From assembly GCA_040769985.1 (NCBI GenBank), contig JAXGJZ010000013.1, positions 15,174 through 79,173 on the forward strand: a stretch of 64,000 nucleotides of DNA, in the 5' to 3' direction. Below are positions 1 through 11,168 of the stretch, in pieces. The translations under genes were made by a program, and so were the position numbers. Each line of letters begins with the position of its first letter. Position 1 is the first letter of the stretch. The DNA is from Desulfobacterales bacterium. GTDB lineage: Bacteria; Desulfobacterota; Desulfobacteria; Desulfobacterales; JAHDSC01. The notes below the pieces were generated by a model. It searched no databases. It was not told the DNA's origin and was given only the letters and a program-made list of their open reading frames with translations.

Positions 1-403
1 CAGACTTTAAATAATTAAAGATAATTTTGCGCAGTTTTTATTATTTATGGATAATTATAGCTAAAAAGTAACTCCTACCGACAATCCACGGGTTTGTCAA
101 GAAGTTCCAGCAGTATGTATCCATTTCGAAAATTGCGCGGTTTCTTCATCTGATCGTCTTTGTTACTTATCGGTTGATCCGATGCATGGATTAAGTTTTT
201 TGTTTCGCGGGTCGATTGGTATCACCGGAGAGAAAAACCATCCGGGATCTGGTGCATATAAAATCCGAAGTTCCGGACAATGATCCCGTTTTTTCGAATT
301 GCCGATCATTATTGGTTATCGGGTCGGCTCCCTGTAAATCAGAATTGCATGTATTGTGAAAACTTATCGATAAGCGCCCATCCAAGCACTTATCCGACGC
401 GTC

Positions 404-1300
404 ATGATAAAAAAATTTCTTATCGCATTATTATTCCTAACCGTCTGCCTTCATTCGGCGGAAGCCCGACAGCGGATTCTAGTTATCCAAAGCCTCCGGG
501 TCGCGCCCTATGAGCAAACCGTTGCCGGATTCGAAAGCGTTTGTCATTCCGAGATCCGCAGGATTGTTCTTTCCGATCGGCCGGACGCGGATCTCATAAG
601 GGAAATTGATGAAATCCAACCGGATATCATCCTTTCGATCGGAATGAACGCGCTCGAGAAAGCAAGGATGATTAAAAACATTCCGATTATTTATAGCATG
701 GTTCTGAATCCACAGGCGGTTTTATCGGGAGAAAAAAACATCACCGGTGTCAGCATCAATATTTCCCAGGAAAAACAGCTTGAAACCCTTTTACGAATAA
801 TTCCGGATACAAAAAACATCGGTCTTTTATATTCCCCGGTGAATACCGGCGATATTGCAAAAAATGCCCGGGATGCAGCCGCAAAAGTGGGAATTAATCT
901 GTTTAAAAAGAAAATTTACAGCTCCAGAGACGTTCCCTCCGCAATCAATGAGATGAAGGGGAAAATCGAGGTTTTCTGGATGCTTCCCGATGTTGCCGTG
1001 GTTACACCGGAAACAATTGAATTTTTGATTCTTTTCTCTCTCGAAAACAAAATACCCATCCTCACGTTTTCGGAAAAATACGTTGAGTTGGGAGCACTGA
1101 TGTCGATCGGTATAGACCCTTATGACATCGGACGCCAGGCGGGAGAGATGGCTGTAAAGATATTGTCGGGAAGAGATATAAAAAGTATCCAGGGAGTTGA
1201 TGCGCGCAATGCCGTAATATCCCTGAACCTGAAGATAGCAAAAAAGCTGGGAATTTCCATAGACGAAAAAATTATCAACGAAGCAAGAATCATCAAGTAG
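404..1300 (+). CDS. periplasmic solute-binding protein, ABC_sub_bind-like (orphan SBP, probable sensory partner of the downstream kinase)
   Basis: 298-aa ORF with an N-terminal signal peptide (MIKKFLIALLFLTVCLHSAEA). The overall pattern resembles PF04392-type binding proteins. It ends 35 bp upstream of a hybrid kinase on the same strand. Family call is from memory, not a search. Confidence 0.65.
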   Translation: MIKKFLIALLFLTVCLHSAEARQRILVIQSLRVAPYEQTVAGFESVCHSEIRRIVLSDRPDADLIREIDEIQPDIILSIGMNALEKARMIKNIPIIYSMVLNPQAVLSGEKNITGVSINISQEKQLETLLRIIPDTKNIGLLYSPVNTGDIAKNARDAAAKVGINLFKKKIYSSRDVPSAINEMKGKIEVFWMLPDVAVVTPETIEFLILFSLENKIPILTFSEKYVELGALMSIGIDPYDIGRQAGEMAVKILSGRDIKSIQGVDARNAVISLNLKIAKKLGISIDEKIINEARIIK

Positions 1301-1335
1301 GCGACCGGCTGAAGAAAAAAAAGGCGTTTATTTTT

Positions 1336-3321
1336 ATGAAAGCATTCCGCGAAAAGTTCGGATTGAAGATTTTTGCCGCCTCATGCATTTTTATTTTTGT
1401 GATTTCTGCTTCCTTTGCTGCCTTTTTTATCCACCAGCAGCGCGAATTTCTATCCGATACGCTGATAAAGAACGGCATCGTACTGGCTCGAATTCTCGCT
1501 TACAATTCAAGGATCGGCGTATTTTCCGAAAACGAACAGTTGCTGGATGATCCCGTAGACGGAATCTTTCAAAAAGAAGAAGTCGTGGAAGTTTCGGTAT
1601 TTAACCTGGAAGGCGGTTTGTTGAAGAAGCGGACGATTCCTCCAACAGGGACCGGCAACCTATCGGAGGAATCGCCAGAGATATTCCCAAAAACCCGAGA
1701 TGCCATATTCGACAGACTCCGGACATCCGTATCTCCTTTTTATCTCAAGGGGAGTGATACACTGGAATTCTGGTCCCCGGTTGTTTCCGGTTCCAGTTAT
1801 TTGATTGAAGGTTCGCCGTTCTTTGAAAAAGATTTTTCCGGGGAAGAAAAGCAAGTCATCGGATTTGTTCTGATAAAATTCGATAAAGCGAGATTTGATA
1901 GAGGGCTTCGTGCTCTTTTGCTGAAAAGTATTCTGATCATGTTGATATTTTTGATCGTCGGGTCCGTATTCGTGTATTTGATGGCGAGAGGAATTACCAG
2001 ACCGCTTAAAAAATTAACCGAGGGAGTGAAAACCCTCGGAATGGGCGGAGTAGTCAAAAAAGTACCGGTTGAGACCAGCGATGAGGTGGGAAAACTTGCA
2101 GAGGCCTTCAATAACATGTCCGAATCCTTGAAGAGAAGAGAAGTCGAGCAACAGCGGCTCGAAGAGCAACTTCGCCATGCGCAAAAAATTGAGGCAATCG
2201 GCACCCTTTCAGGCGGTATCGCCCATGATTTTAACAACATTCTTGGGATCATTCTCGGTTATACGGACTTGGCCTTGCTGGAGGTTCCGGAAGGAACTTC
2301 GCTGCAGCGAAAGCTGAATGAAGTGATCAAGGCAAGCGGCCGCGCGAAAGACCTGGTGAACCAGATTCTGACTTTCAGCCGCCAACGGGAGCAGGAACGA
2401 AGGCCCCTACAAATCGGTTTTATTGTCAAAGAGGTTTTAAAAATGCTGCGTGCGTCGTTGCCTGCAACCATCGAAATACGTAAAAACGTGGATTCCGGTT
2501 TGGGCACGGTATTGTCCGATCCGACCCAAATCCATCAGGTACTGATGAACCTGTGCACCAACGCGGCGCATGCCATGAGGGAAAAGGGCGGTATACTGGA
2601 AGTGACCCTTTCCGATGTGGATATCGATTCTGAAACCGCTTCCCGGCATATGGACCTGGCACCGGGACAATACCAGAAATTGACGGTAAGCGATACCGGT
2701 CACGGGATGGACGCCAGGGTTATGGAGCGTATTTTTGAACCGTTTTTCACCACCAAGAAGCCCGGGGAAGGAACGGGGATGGGGCTTTCCGTGGTTCATG
2801 GGATTGTGAGAAGCCTTGGGGGCGCGATTACGGTCAAAAGTCAACCCGGCAAAGGAAGCACCTTTGAAATATTTTTGCCGAGAATGAATGGCGAAATTTA
2901 CGAAAAACCGGTAGATATCGCGCCGTTGCCGCATGGCAGCGAGCGTATCCTTTTTGTCGATGATGAGGAGTCGCTGGTGAGAATAGGGCAACAGATGCTT
3001 GAAAATCTGGGATACCGTGTTACCGCCAGAACCAGCAGCATCGAAGCATTGAATGCCTTCCGAGCCAAACCGGATCAATTTGATCTGCTGGTTTCCGATG
3101 TGACCATGCCCAATATGACCGGTCCCGATTTGGTCAAGGCGGTTTTACGTATCCGACCGGATATCCCGGTCATTCTGTGTACCGGTTTCAGTGATTCGAT
3201 CTCGAAAGAAAAGGTGAAAACGATCGGTGTTCAGGAATTAATAATGAAGCCGATTGTTCAGCGAGAAATCGCCGAGATCATCCGGCGTGTTTTGGACGGG
3301 CAGAATGGACCGGTCGAATAA
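1336..3321 (+). CDS. hybrid sensor histidine kinase / response regulator (TM-sensor-TM, HAMP, HisKA, HATPase_c, REC)
   Basis: 661-aa ORF. H-box GGIAHDFNNIL, N/G boxes (NLCTNAAHAM, DTGHGMD, GTGMGLS), and a C-terminal receiver (ILFVDDEE ... LLVSDVTMPNMTG ... MKP). Confidence 0.9.
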   Translation: MKAFREKFGLKIFAASCIFIFVISASFAAFFIHQQREFLSDTLIKNGIVLARILAYNSRIGVFSENEQLLDDPVDGIFQKEEVVEVSVFNLEGGLLKKRTIPPTGTGNLSEESPEIFPKTRDAIFDRLRTSVSPFYLKGSDTLEFWSPVVSGSSYLIEGSPFFEKDFSGEEKQVIGFVLIKFDKARFDRGLRALLLKSILIMLIFLIVGSVFVYLMARGITRPLKKLTEGVKTLGMGGVVKKVPVETSDEVGKLAEAFNNMSESLKRREVEQQRLEEQLRHAQKIEAIGTLSGGIAHDFNNILGIILGYTDLALLEVPEGTSLQRKLNEVIKASGRAKDLVNQILTFSRQREQERRPLQIGFIVKEVLKMLRASLPATIEIRKNVDSGLGTVLSDPTQIHQVLMNLCTNAAHAMREKGGILEVTLSDVDIDSETASRHMDLAPGQYQKLTVSDTGHGMDARVMERIFEPFFTTKKPGEGTGMGLSVVHGIVRSLGGAITVKSQPGKGSTFEIFLPRMNGEIYEKPVDIAPLPHGSERILFVDDEESLVRIGQQMLENLGYRVTARTSSIEALNAFRAKPDQFDLLVSDVTMPNMTGPDLVKAVLRIRPDIPVILCTGFSDSISKEKVKTIGVQELIMKPIVQREIAEIIRRVLDGQNGPVE

Positions 3322-3338
3322 ATTTTGGTGATTTTTAT

Positions 3339-3746
3339 CTATTTCTTATCCAGCCCTTTTTTCAGTTTTTTTTCCAACTCAGCGAAAAGATTTTTTTTTC
3401 TGTCCGCCTGTTCCGTCTGGAAGGATTCAATTTTTTGGGTATAATCTTTCTTTGTATTTTTGAATTTCTGGAGTTCCTGCTCCAATTTGCTCACTTTTTC
3501 GGTCTTCGGGATTTTTTCTATGGCCAAATGGTCGCGGATAAAAAGCTTGGTTCCATAGGCCCCTTCAATTACATCGATGATTCCTGTTTCCGCGAGTTTT
3601 CTGCAAATAAGATTTCCCTGCTCCAGAGAAAAGGATAGAGATCGACAAACCTCGTCAATGGAGGGGGGTGTACTGTTTTTGTGCTCCAGCAACCGAATCG
3701 CCGCGACGATCAAATGGGCGTTGGAATAAAAATCAATATTTTTCAT
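3339..3746 (-). CDS. hypothetical protein, possible winged-helix N-terminus plus lysine/glutamate-rich coiled-coil tail
   Basis: The ORF track gives 3339..3833. The internal ATG at 3746 (MKNIDFYSN...) is the more plausible start. No family recognised. Confidence 0.45.
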   Translation of the reverse strand: MKNIDFYSNAHLIVAAIRLLEHKNSTPPSIDEVCRSLSFSLEQGNLICRKLAETGIIDVIEGAYGTKLFIRDHLAIEKIPKTEKVSKLEQELQKFKNTKKDYTQKIESFQTEQADRKKNLFAELEKKLKKGLDKK

Positions 3747-4159
3747 AGCCTTTGTCACGAAACCTCGGAATAATGCCGCGTTTCGTCCGGTTCCCGCGTC
3801 ATGCCCGATTTCAACAATTTCGCAAACAACCACAGGCTGCGTTGCGTTTCATACTTCGTCATTGCGACTTGCGCTTTCGCACGCCTCATTCCAAAGGATC
3901 CGAACGTCATGCATCGGGAAGTTTTTGATGAAGCCGTCTTGTTTATTTCAACCTAAAAATTCTATCAATGGCGTCAAGATCTTAATTCTGGAAATCATCC
4001 ATCTATTCCCGTGTTGAAAATGATCGCTTCGTTGAGCTGGAACGAAATTGAGAATTTTTCAAAGATTTCGTTGCGTTGATTCGAAAAAAACCGGTGACCG
4101 CTTTTTTATTGCGTGTTTCGAATTTGAACCATCCGACATATCCATTACCGCTCCAATGC

Positions 4160-4188
4160 TTGACATGGACTCTTTAGGAGAGTAACAT
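4160..4188 (+). promoter_or_regulatory. candidate sigma70-type promoter for eno
   Basis: TTGACA (4160-4165), 17-nt spacer, TAACAT (4183-4188). About 200 nt upstream of the eno start codon. Confidence 0.4.
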
Positions 4189-4235
4189 TTTTTTCCAATT
4201 TGTCAAGTTGATGGATGGATCGTGTTATAAATGCG

Positions 4236-4361
4236 TTGAACCGCAACGGCAGGCAAATTATCCGTGACCGGCCTGGCGAGAAGTCGGCAAGTAAATCTTA
4301 TAAAAGAGCAAAAGCCCTTACAGCAGAAGATTCCGTGCTGTTTCCAGCGGGGAGCTTCAAT
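4236..4361 (+). repeat. intergenic repeat family, full-length copy A (TTGAACCGC ... hairpin ... CTTCAAT)
   Basis: Aligns module by module with 63040-63161: TTGAACCGC.AC.GC, an AT-rich linker containing ATAAAAG, CCTTAC.G..GAAGATTCC, a tetraloop hairpin, and CTTCAAT. Confidence 0.7.
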
Positions 4362-4363
4362 GA

Positions 4364-5674
<1,311 letters not shown>

Positions 5675-5685
5675 TCCCGATGGGC

Positions 5686-5725
5686 TTGAACCGGAGGAGC
5701 CGCCATCCGGGGCCGGAGTTTTTGT
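5686..5725 (+). repeat. partial or degenerate copy of the repeat 5' module just after the eno stop codon
   Basis: CTTGAACCGGAGGAGCCGCCATCC compares with CTTGAACCGCGACAGCGAGCGCATTCC in copy B. It is followed by a T-run. Confidence 0.35.
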
Positions 5726-6014
5726 TTTCGGTGATTTTTTGTACCCAGTCCCGACGATGCGGAGAATGAAACCACTCTCGCTCCGTGCATGAGTCGTTGG
5801 CGTCTCTATCGAAGCCGGCGAATTGGTATGCTATGTGCGTGCTTAGCAATGGAGAGGGACTTTTAGAAAATACTCAATTTTGTTCAAGCTCAAGAAAATC
5901 GATCCTTTGATACACTGGAACCATTGAGTATTTCGAGGGTCGAAATTTGAGCCGGGTGTACCAATCGGACGAAAGGGGGGCCTTATGCAAAGGCCTTGGA
6001 GAAATAACGATCCC

Positions 6015-6869
6015 ATGCATTCCTGCATAAAAAAAACACTGTTGCTTTTCTTGGTTCTTGCGGTATTCGGATTTTCGCATGATTCGGCCGATGGGTACGT
6101 ATTACAAGGGCCCCATGTCCTGGATTTGATGATCCGGAGACTTGGAACGGTTAAAACGCTTTTCGTTTCGCAAAAATTGGTGCTTCATGACAATGATTTG
6201 CAGAAAAATCCGGTGGAATTACAGGAAACCGTACGATATCTTTTTCCTGAAAAATTTCGTTCGGATCTTCGATCAGAACAATCCCAAAGAATTCATGTGG
6301 TTTCATCCGGCGAATCCTTGACCGTCATTGATGGTAAGGTTGTATACAATTACGAAATGAATTTTGATCTCTACAAGGATATTTTTCTTTACCGGCCCCG
6401 GATTTTGCTTCAAAAAAGACTATTGTTTCTCGGGGTGGATGTATCGGTTTCAAGTCTGGGTCGATTTCAAAACCGATTGGCCTATGTGGTGGGGTCGGAA
6501 TATCCGGATGAATCTGTTTCTCAGGTTTGGATAGACAAGGATACGTTTCAGCCTTTTCGCTGGCGCATGAGATCCAATACGGGGCAAAACGCCGACAATG
6601 CTCTCGAAGTGCGGTATTCCAAATGGCGGCAAGTTAATAAAATTTGGTATCCCGGCCATATCGAATTCTTCCAGAATGATATTCTGGTAAGAGAGATGAT
6701 TATAGATGACATTGCAGTGAATGTATCTTTTTCTGATGATTTCTTTGATATTGCACGCCTCAGATCCATGTTTCCGTCCATCGATAGCGAGGTGGAGAAA
6801 CCACAGGATTCCGAGGCAATGACGGATGTGCAAAAAGTGATAGAGGACTTCAAAAAGTCATTTGAATAA
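6015..6869 (+). CDS. exported hypothetical protein, tentatively LolA/RseB-like lipoprotein-sorting fold
   Basis: Signal peptide MHSCIKKTLLLFLVLAVFGFS. The C-terminal pattern (WYPGHIEFFQNDILVREMIIDDIAVNVSFSDDFF) recalls LolA-like families. Start chosen at the internal ATG. Confidence 0.5.
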   Translation: MHSCIKKTLLLFLVLAVFGFSHDSADGYVLQGPHVLDLMIRRLGTVKTLFVSQKLVLHDNDLQKNPVELQETVRYLFPEKFRSDLRSEQSQRIHVVSSGESLTVIDGKVVYNYEMNFDLYKDIFLYRPRILLQKRLLFLGVDVSVSSLGRFQNRLAYVVGSEYPDESVSQVWIDKDTFQPFRWRMRSNTGQNADNALEVRYSKWRQVNKIWYPGHIEFFQNDILVREMIIDDIAVNVSFSDDFFDIARLRSMFPSIDSEVEKPQDSEAMTDVQKVIEDFKKSFE

Positions 6870-6874
6870 AGTCC

Positions 6875-7575
6875 ATGAAGGATCCGAAAATCAAGTGCGG
6901 TGATAAAATTGTCCAGTTGATCGAGAAGGGGTAGATATCCCCAACCCGTTCACCATCGATATAGGTGAAGAGGTCGGCATGGATCGAATTTCCGGCAACG
7001 GGGTCAAGATTTATCCGGGCTGCCGCGTTTACGGCAGGGAAACGGTGATTGCGGGGGGTGCCCAGATCGGGCGTGAAAGCCCTGTCACAATTGAAAACTG
7101 CCAGATCGGTTCCGATGTCGAACTCAGGGGTGGATATTTCAACAATTCGGTGTTCCTCGAAAAAGCCTGCATGGGGCTGGGCGCCCATGTTCGAGAGGGG
7201 TGCATTTTAGAGGAACAGGCCAATTGCGCACACTGCGTCGGCCTAAAGCAGACCATCCTCTTTCCTTTCGTCACCCTCGGGAGTCCGGTTAATTTTTGCG
7301 ACCGACTTATGGCGGGCGGCACAAGCCGCAAGGATCATAGTGAAGTCGGAAGTTCCTATATCCATTTCAATTTTACACCTGATGGAGATAAGATAACCCC
7401 CTCACTTATCTGCGATGTACCGCGCGGTGTAATGCTCAATCAGACGCCGATCTTTCTTGGAAGGCTGGGCGTGCTCCGGCTGGATAAAATCGTCGAGGAT
7501 ATCTGCCTGCAGGCAGCAGCCATTGTCCCGTCTCTGCATCTGTTTAGAAATCTTCAAAACGGGAAAAGACTCTGA
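6875..7575 (+). pseudogene. left-handed beta-helix (hexapeptide-repeat, GlmU/LpxA-superfamily-like) protein interrupted by a 1-nt frameshift at a G-run
   Basis: ATG at 6875 encodes MKDPKIKCGDKIVQLIEKG, then TAG at 6932. The frame of ORF 6979..7575 is open from 6907 and continues as VDIPNPFTIDIGEEVGMDRISG. One extra G in GGGG (6928-6931) would join the two. Confidence 0.5.
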
Positions 7576-7662
7576 TATCAATCGATTGGAATATTTTCAG
7601 GGACTTTTCGGCGACGGTTTTTCGGGAACCTGTTTCATGAAAATTCGTCGGATCGTTTTCGG

Positions 7663-9180
7663 TCAATTGCGCGCAATGTTGATTTGATCCCGACTTTTTT
7701 TTGCAAAATAATCACGAAAATATTCTTTCATCATAATTTTTGCATAATAGCCGGCTCTTTTACCGATATATTTTTCATGCGCCACAACAACGGATAAAGC
7801 AATCTTCTCATCTCCGCCTTTTTCCTGGGCAAACCCAATAAACCAGTCAAACCGGGTTTGGTGGGACGTGTCATCGATGCTTCCGGTTTTGCCTCCGATA
7901 TTCAGCTTGGAAAGGATTCGATCTTTTCGATAACCGTTGAAGAGTTTTCGGCATGTGCCGGATTGTATGGTCGCCTTCATCAGGTTGTTCACCGCTTTTG
8001 ATGATTCGGGTTTAATGGCCTGGTTCAATGCCTTTACACGGCTTCGGTAAATGGCGGTCCCCTGTTCATCGATGATTCGATCAATGATTGTCGGTTCGAT
8101 TAAATTCCCTTCGTTGAGAATGACCGATGCCATTAATGCGCCGTGAAGGGGGGATATCCGAGTCATCCGGTTGAATCCGCAGGCAATTTCAGCCCATTGA
8201 TACGGTTTGTCGGACACAGAGACAATGCTGGGGGCGAGAGGGATTTCGAAATCGATATTCCGGTTGAAGCCAAAAGCCTCTGCGTATTTTTCCAAGGCAT
8301 TCTTTCCCAGGTAAAGCGCTCCGATTTTTCCGAATACGGGATTGACCGATTGAGCAAAAGAGTCCTGAAAGGTTATCCGGTTCGTGTATTTATTCCTGCG
8401 ATCGTCAATCTGGGATTTATAAAGGGTGTGTTTCATGCCGTTGTAGGTTAGGGTCGTGCGGGAATTGAAACCGCATTTTTCGATGGCGGCGGCGGCGGTA
8501 ACTATTTTAAATATGCTGGCTGCGGGGAACCGGGTGTCGATACAGGGATTTGAAGATTGATCGGTTTTGTCCAGACCCACCATGGATAAAATTTTCCCCG
8601 TCGACGGATCCATGGCGACAATTCCAATGTAGCGGGATGTGGATCGATCCAGGTTTTTTTCAATAAAATTTTGCAGGGGAATGTCGAGACTGGTATCCAC
8701 CCGGAAATTCCGTCCATGGAGCGATAGAACGAAACTTTTGTCCGTGAGATTTACTAAATTTTTATTTCCCAGAAGATTCCGGACCTCCTCCTTTTTCAGT
8801 AACTTGCGGCAATCCGGGCCGGAGCTGGAAGGACTGTCGGCGGAGGGTAAGGCGGTTTCGTTTTTTTGCGGATGACGGTATGCCGTGTCTTCAAACCAAC
8901 CGATCATTTCGTAAAGAACGACAAGCGACAGGGAAACAATCGTTGCATACTTGACAATGCGTTTGATTAATTTCTCCTGAACGGCCGTCTTCTTTAACCC
9001 ATCCTGGTATTCCCTCCATCCGGGTCTTTTGCGAATCGTTTCCCGATTGTTTCGGAAGATGGTGTGGATTAATTTTTCTCTGGCGGCGGCGGCCTTTTTA
9101 TGTCGCGTCTGGTAGTCCCGCCATGTCTGTCTTTCAAGCACGGTTTGTTCTTTTCTGAACCTTTTGAGCATGATAAACAC
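7663..9180 (-). CDS. penicillin-binding protein, transpeptidase domain (class B-like), with a cytoplasmic N-terminal tail and one TM segment
   Basis: SxxK (ASIFK), SxN (QSVN) and KTG (GGKTGS) motifs. TM segment YATIVSLSLVVLYEMIGW. Confidence 0.85.
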   Translation of the reverse strand: MFIMLKRFRKEQTVLERQTWRDYQTRHKKAAAAREKLIHTIFRNNRETIRKRPGWREYQDGLKKTAVQEKLIKRIVKYATIVSLSLVVLYEMIGWFEDTAYRHPQKNETALPSADSPSSSGPDCRKLLKKEEVRNLLGNKNLVNLTDKSFVLSLHGRNFRVDTSLDIPLQNFIEKNLDRSTSRYIGIVAMDPSTGKILSMVGLDKTDQSSNPCIDTRFPAASIFKIVTAAAAIEKCGFNSRTTLTYNGMKHTLYKSQIDDRRNKYTNRITFQDSFAQSVNPVFGKIGALYLGKNALEKYAEAFGFNRNIDFEIPLAPSIVSVSDKPYQWAEIACGFNRMTRISPLHGALMASVILNEGNLIEPTIIDRIIDEQGTAIYRSRVKALNQAIKPESSKAVNNLMKATIQSGTCRKLFNGYRKDRILSKLNIGGKTGSIDDTSHQTRFDWFIGFAQEKGGDEKIALSVVVAHEKYIGKRAGYYAKIMMKEYFRDYFAKKSRDQINIARN

Positions 9181-9242
9181 CAGAATTTCGGATATCGGGC
9201 GAATAAATGGATATTGAATTCGGATCCCTATCGATTGATTCT

Positions 9243-11168
9243 TCAGCTTAAAGGCGTTCCGGCTTTTACATTTTTATCCGGCATTGTGACGGCGCACTCA
9301 TGATTATCTACCGCTGCCAGTAGCATTCCCTGGGATTCGATACCCATGATTTTCGCAGGTTTCAAGTTGGCGACGACAATGACTTGCTTGCCGATAAGAT
9401 CCGCGGGCGAATAGCTTGCGGCGATTCCCGCTACAATTGTTTTTCTTTGTCCCATATCGATTTCCAGTTTCAGGAGCTTTTTCGCTTTGGGAATGGTTTC
9501 TGCGTGAACCACGGTAGCCACCCGGAGATCAATGGTCTTGAATGTTTCAAAGCTGATTTCAGGTTTGATTTCCGCCGATACGGCTAGGGGCTCGGATTGC
9601 TTCGGTGATGCGTAAGAGCCAAATGCTTTCGAATCCATTCGCGGGAAAAGAGTAATTGATTTCGGTAGCCTGGTTCCCGGTTCCATTGTTCCCCATGTTT
9701 TAATTCGATCCAGATGATAAAAGGGTTGATCCGGAGCCAAACCAAGATGCCTTTGCATGGTTGCGGCCGTGTCCGGCATGATGGGATAGATCAGACCCGA
9801 TATGCACTTGAGTCCTTCCAGAAGATTGTAAAGTACGACTTCCAGCTTCTTTTGGGTGGAGCGGCTCTTTGCAAGAACCCATGGAGCATTCACATCGATA
9901 TATTTATTCATGAGGCTGATGAAATCCCAGATGGCAATCAGTGCCTTGTGAAACGAAAACGATTCCATGGTTTTTTCATATTCGGCGATCATCGTCGATG
10001 CCTCGGATTCAAGGCCAAGATTTGATTCCTGTTCGATTCGACGGTCGATTTCCGGCACAATCCCCTCGAAGTATTTATGAATCATGGCAACAACCCTGCT
10101 GAACAGGTTTCCCAGATCATTTGCCAGATCCGAGTTGATGCGTTGTATCAAGGCCGCTTCGTTGAAGTTGGAATCCAGGCCGAACACCATCTCTCTCATC
10201 AGGAAAAAGCGGAACGCATCGAGCCCGTATGTATTTTTGATCTGTATGGGGTCTACGACGTTTCCAAGGCTTTTGGACATCTTGCTTTGATCGATATTCC
10301 AGTATCCGTGAACATTCAGATGCCGATAGATCGGGATTCCGGCGGCCTTGAGCATAATCGGCCAATATATGCCGTGCGGCTTGATAATATCCTTGGCCAC
10401 GATATGCTGGGCGGCCGGCCAGAACATTTTAAACGGTTCTCCGTCTGGATAACCCAGTGCTGAAACATAATTTAAAAGTGCATCAAACCATACGTATGTC
10501 ACATAATTGGTATCAAAAGGGAGTGTAATACCCCATTGCAATCGTGTTTTCGGACGGGATATGCAGAGGTCTTCAAGGGGTTCCCTTAAAAAAGAGAGAA
10601 TTTCATTTTTATAACGTTCCGGTCTTATAAAATCCGGATGACGCTGAATATGATCGATGAGCCAGTCCTGATAGCGGCTCATCCTGAAAAAGTAGTTGGA
10701 TTCTTTGATAATTTCAGGTTCCGTTTCATGGTCCGGGCATTTGCCGTCAACCAATTCGCGTTCCGTGTAAAACCGTTCGCAGCCGAAGCAGTAAAGACCT
10801 TCATATTCGCTGAAATAGATGTCTCCGGCATCATAAATCTTTTGGAGGATCTGTTCCACAACCGCAATATGGGATTGATCCGTGGTACGGATAAAATAGT
10901 TAACATTTATATTCAGTTCGGGCCAAAGATTCCTGAAGAGGCGACTGATTTCGTCTGCATATTCCCTCGGGCTCAAATTTTCCTTTTGAGCGGCACGAAC
11001 AACCTTGTCGCCGTGTTCGTCGGTGCCGGTCAGCAAAAAAGTTTTTTTTCCGCGCATTGTGTTAAAACGACATGCTACATCCGCAACGATGGTTGTATAG
11101 GCGTGTCCCAGATGAGGCTTGGCATTCACGTAGTAAATTGGAGTGGTTATGTAAAAGGACGGGTTCAT
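9243..11168 (-). CDS. metG: methionine--tRNA ligase with C-terminal tRNA-binding (EMAP/Trbp111-like) domain
   Basis: HIGH-type motif (KPHLGHAYT), KMSKS present, Zn knuckle CFGCERF...CPDH, and C-terminal VAGIAASY...QVIVVANLKPAKIMGIESQGMLLAA. Confidence 0.97.
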   Translation of the reverse strand: MNPSFYITTPIYYVNAKPHLGHAYTTIVADVACRFNTMRGKKTFLLTGTDEHGDKVVRAAQKENLSPREYADEISRLFRNLWPELNINVNYFIRTTDQSHIAVVEQILQKIYDAGDIYFSEYEGLYCFGCERFYTERELVDGKCPDHETEPEIIKESNYFFRMSRYQDWLIDHIQRHPDFIRPERYKNEILSFLREPLEDLCISRPKTRLQWGITLPFDTNYVTYVWFDALLNYVSALGYPDGEPFKMFWPAAQHIVAKDIIKPHGIYWPIMLKAAGIPIYRHLNVHGYWNIDQSKMSKSLGNVVDPIQIKNTYGLDAFRFFLMREMVFGLDSNFNEAALIQRINSDLANDLGNLFSRVVAMIHKYFEGIVPEIDRRIEQESNLGLESEASTMIAEYEKTMESFSFHKALIAIWDFISLMNKYIDVNAPWVLAKSRSTQKKLEVVLYNLLEGLKCISGLIYPIMPDTAATMQRHLGLAPDQPFYHLDRIKTWGTMEPGTRLPKSITLFPRMDSKAFGSYASPKQSEPLAVSAEIKPEISFETFKTIDLRVATVVHAETIPKAKKLLKLEIDMGQRKTIVAGIAASYSPADLIGKQVIVVANLKPAKIMGIESQGMLLAAVDNHECAVTMPDKNVKAGTPLS

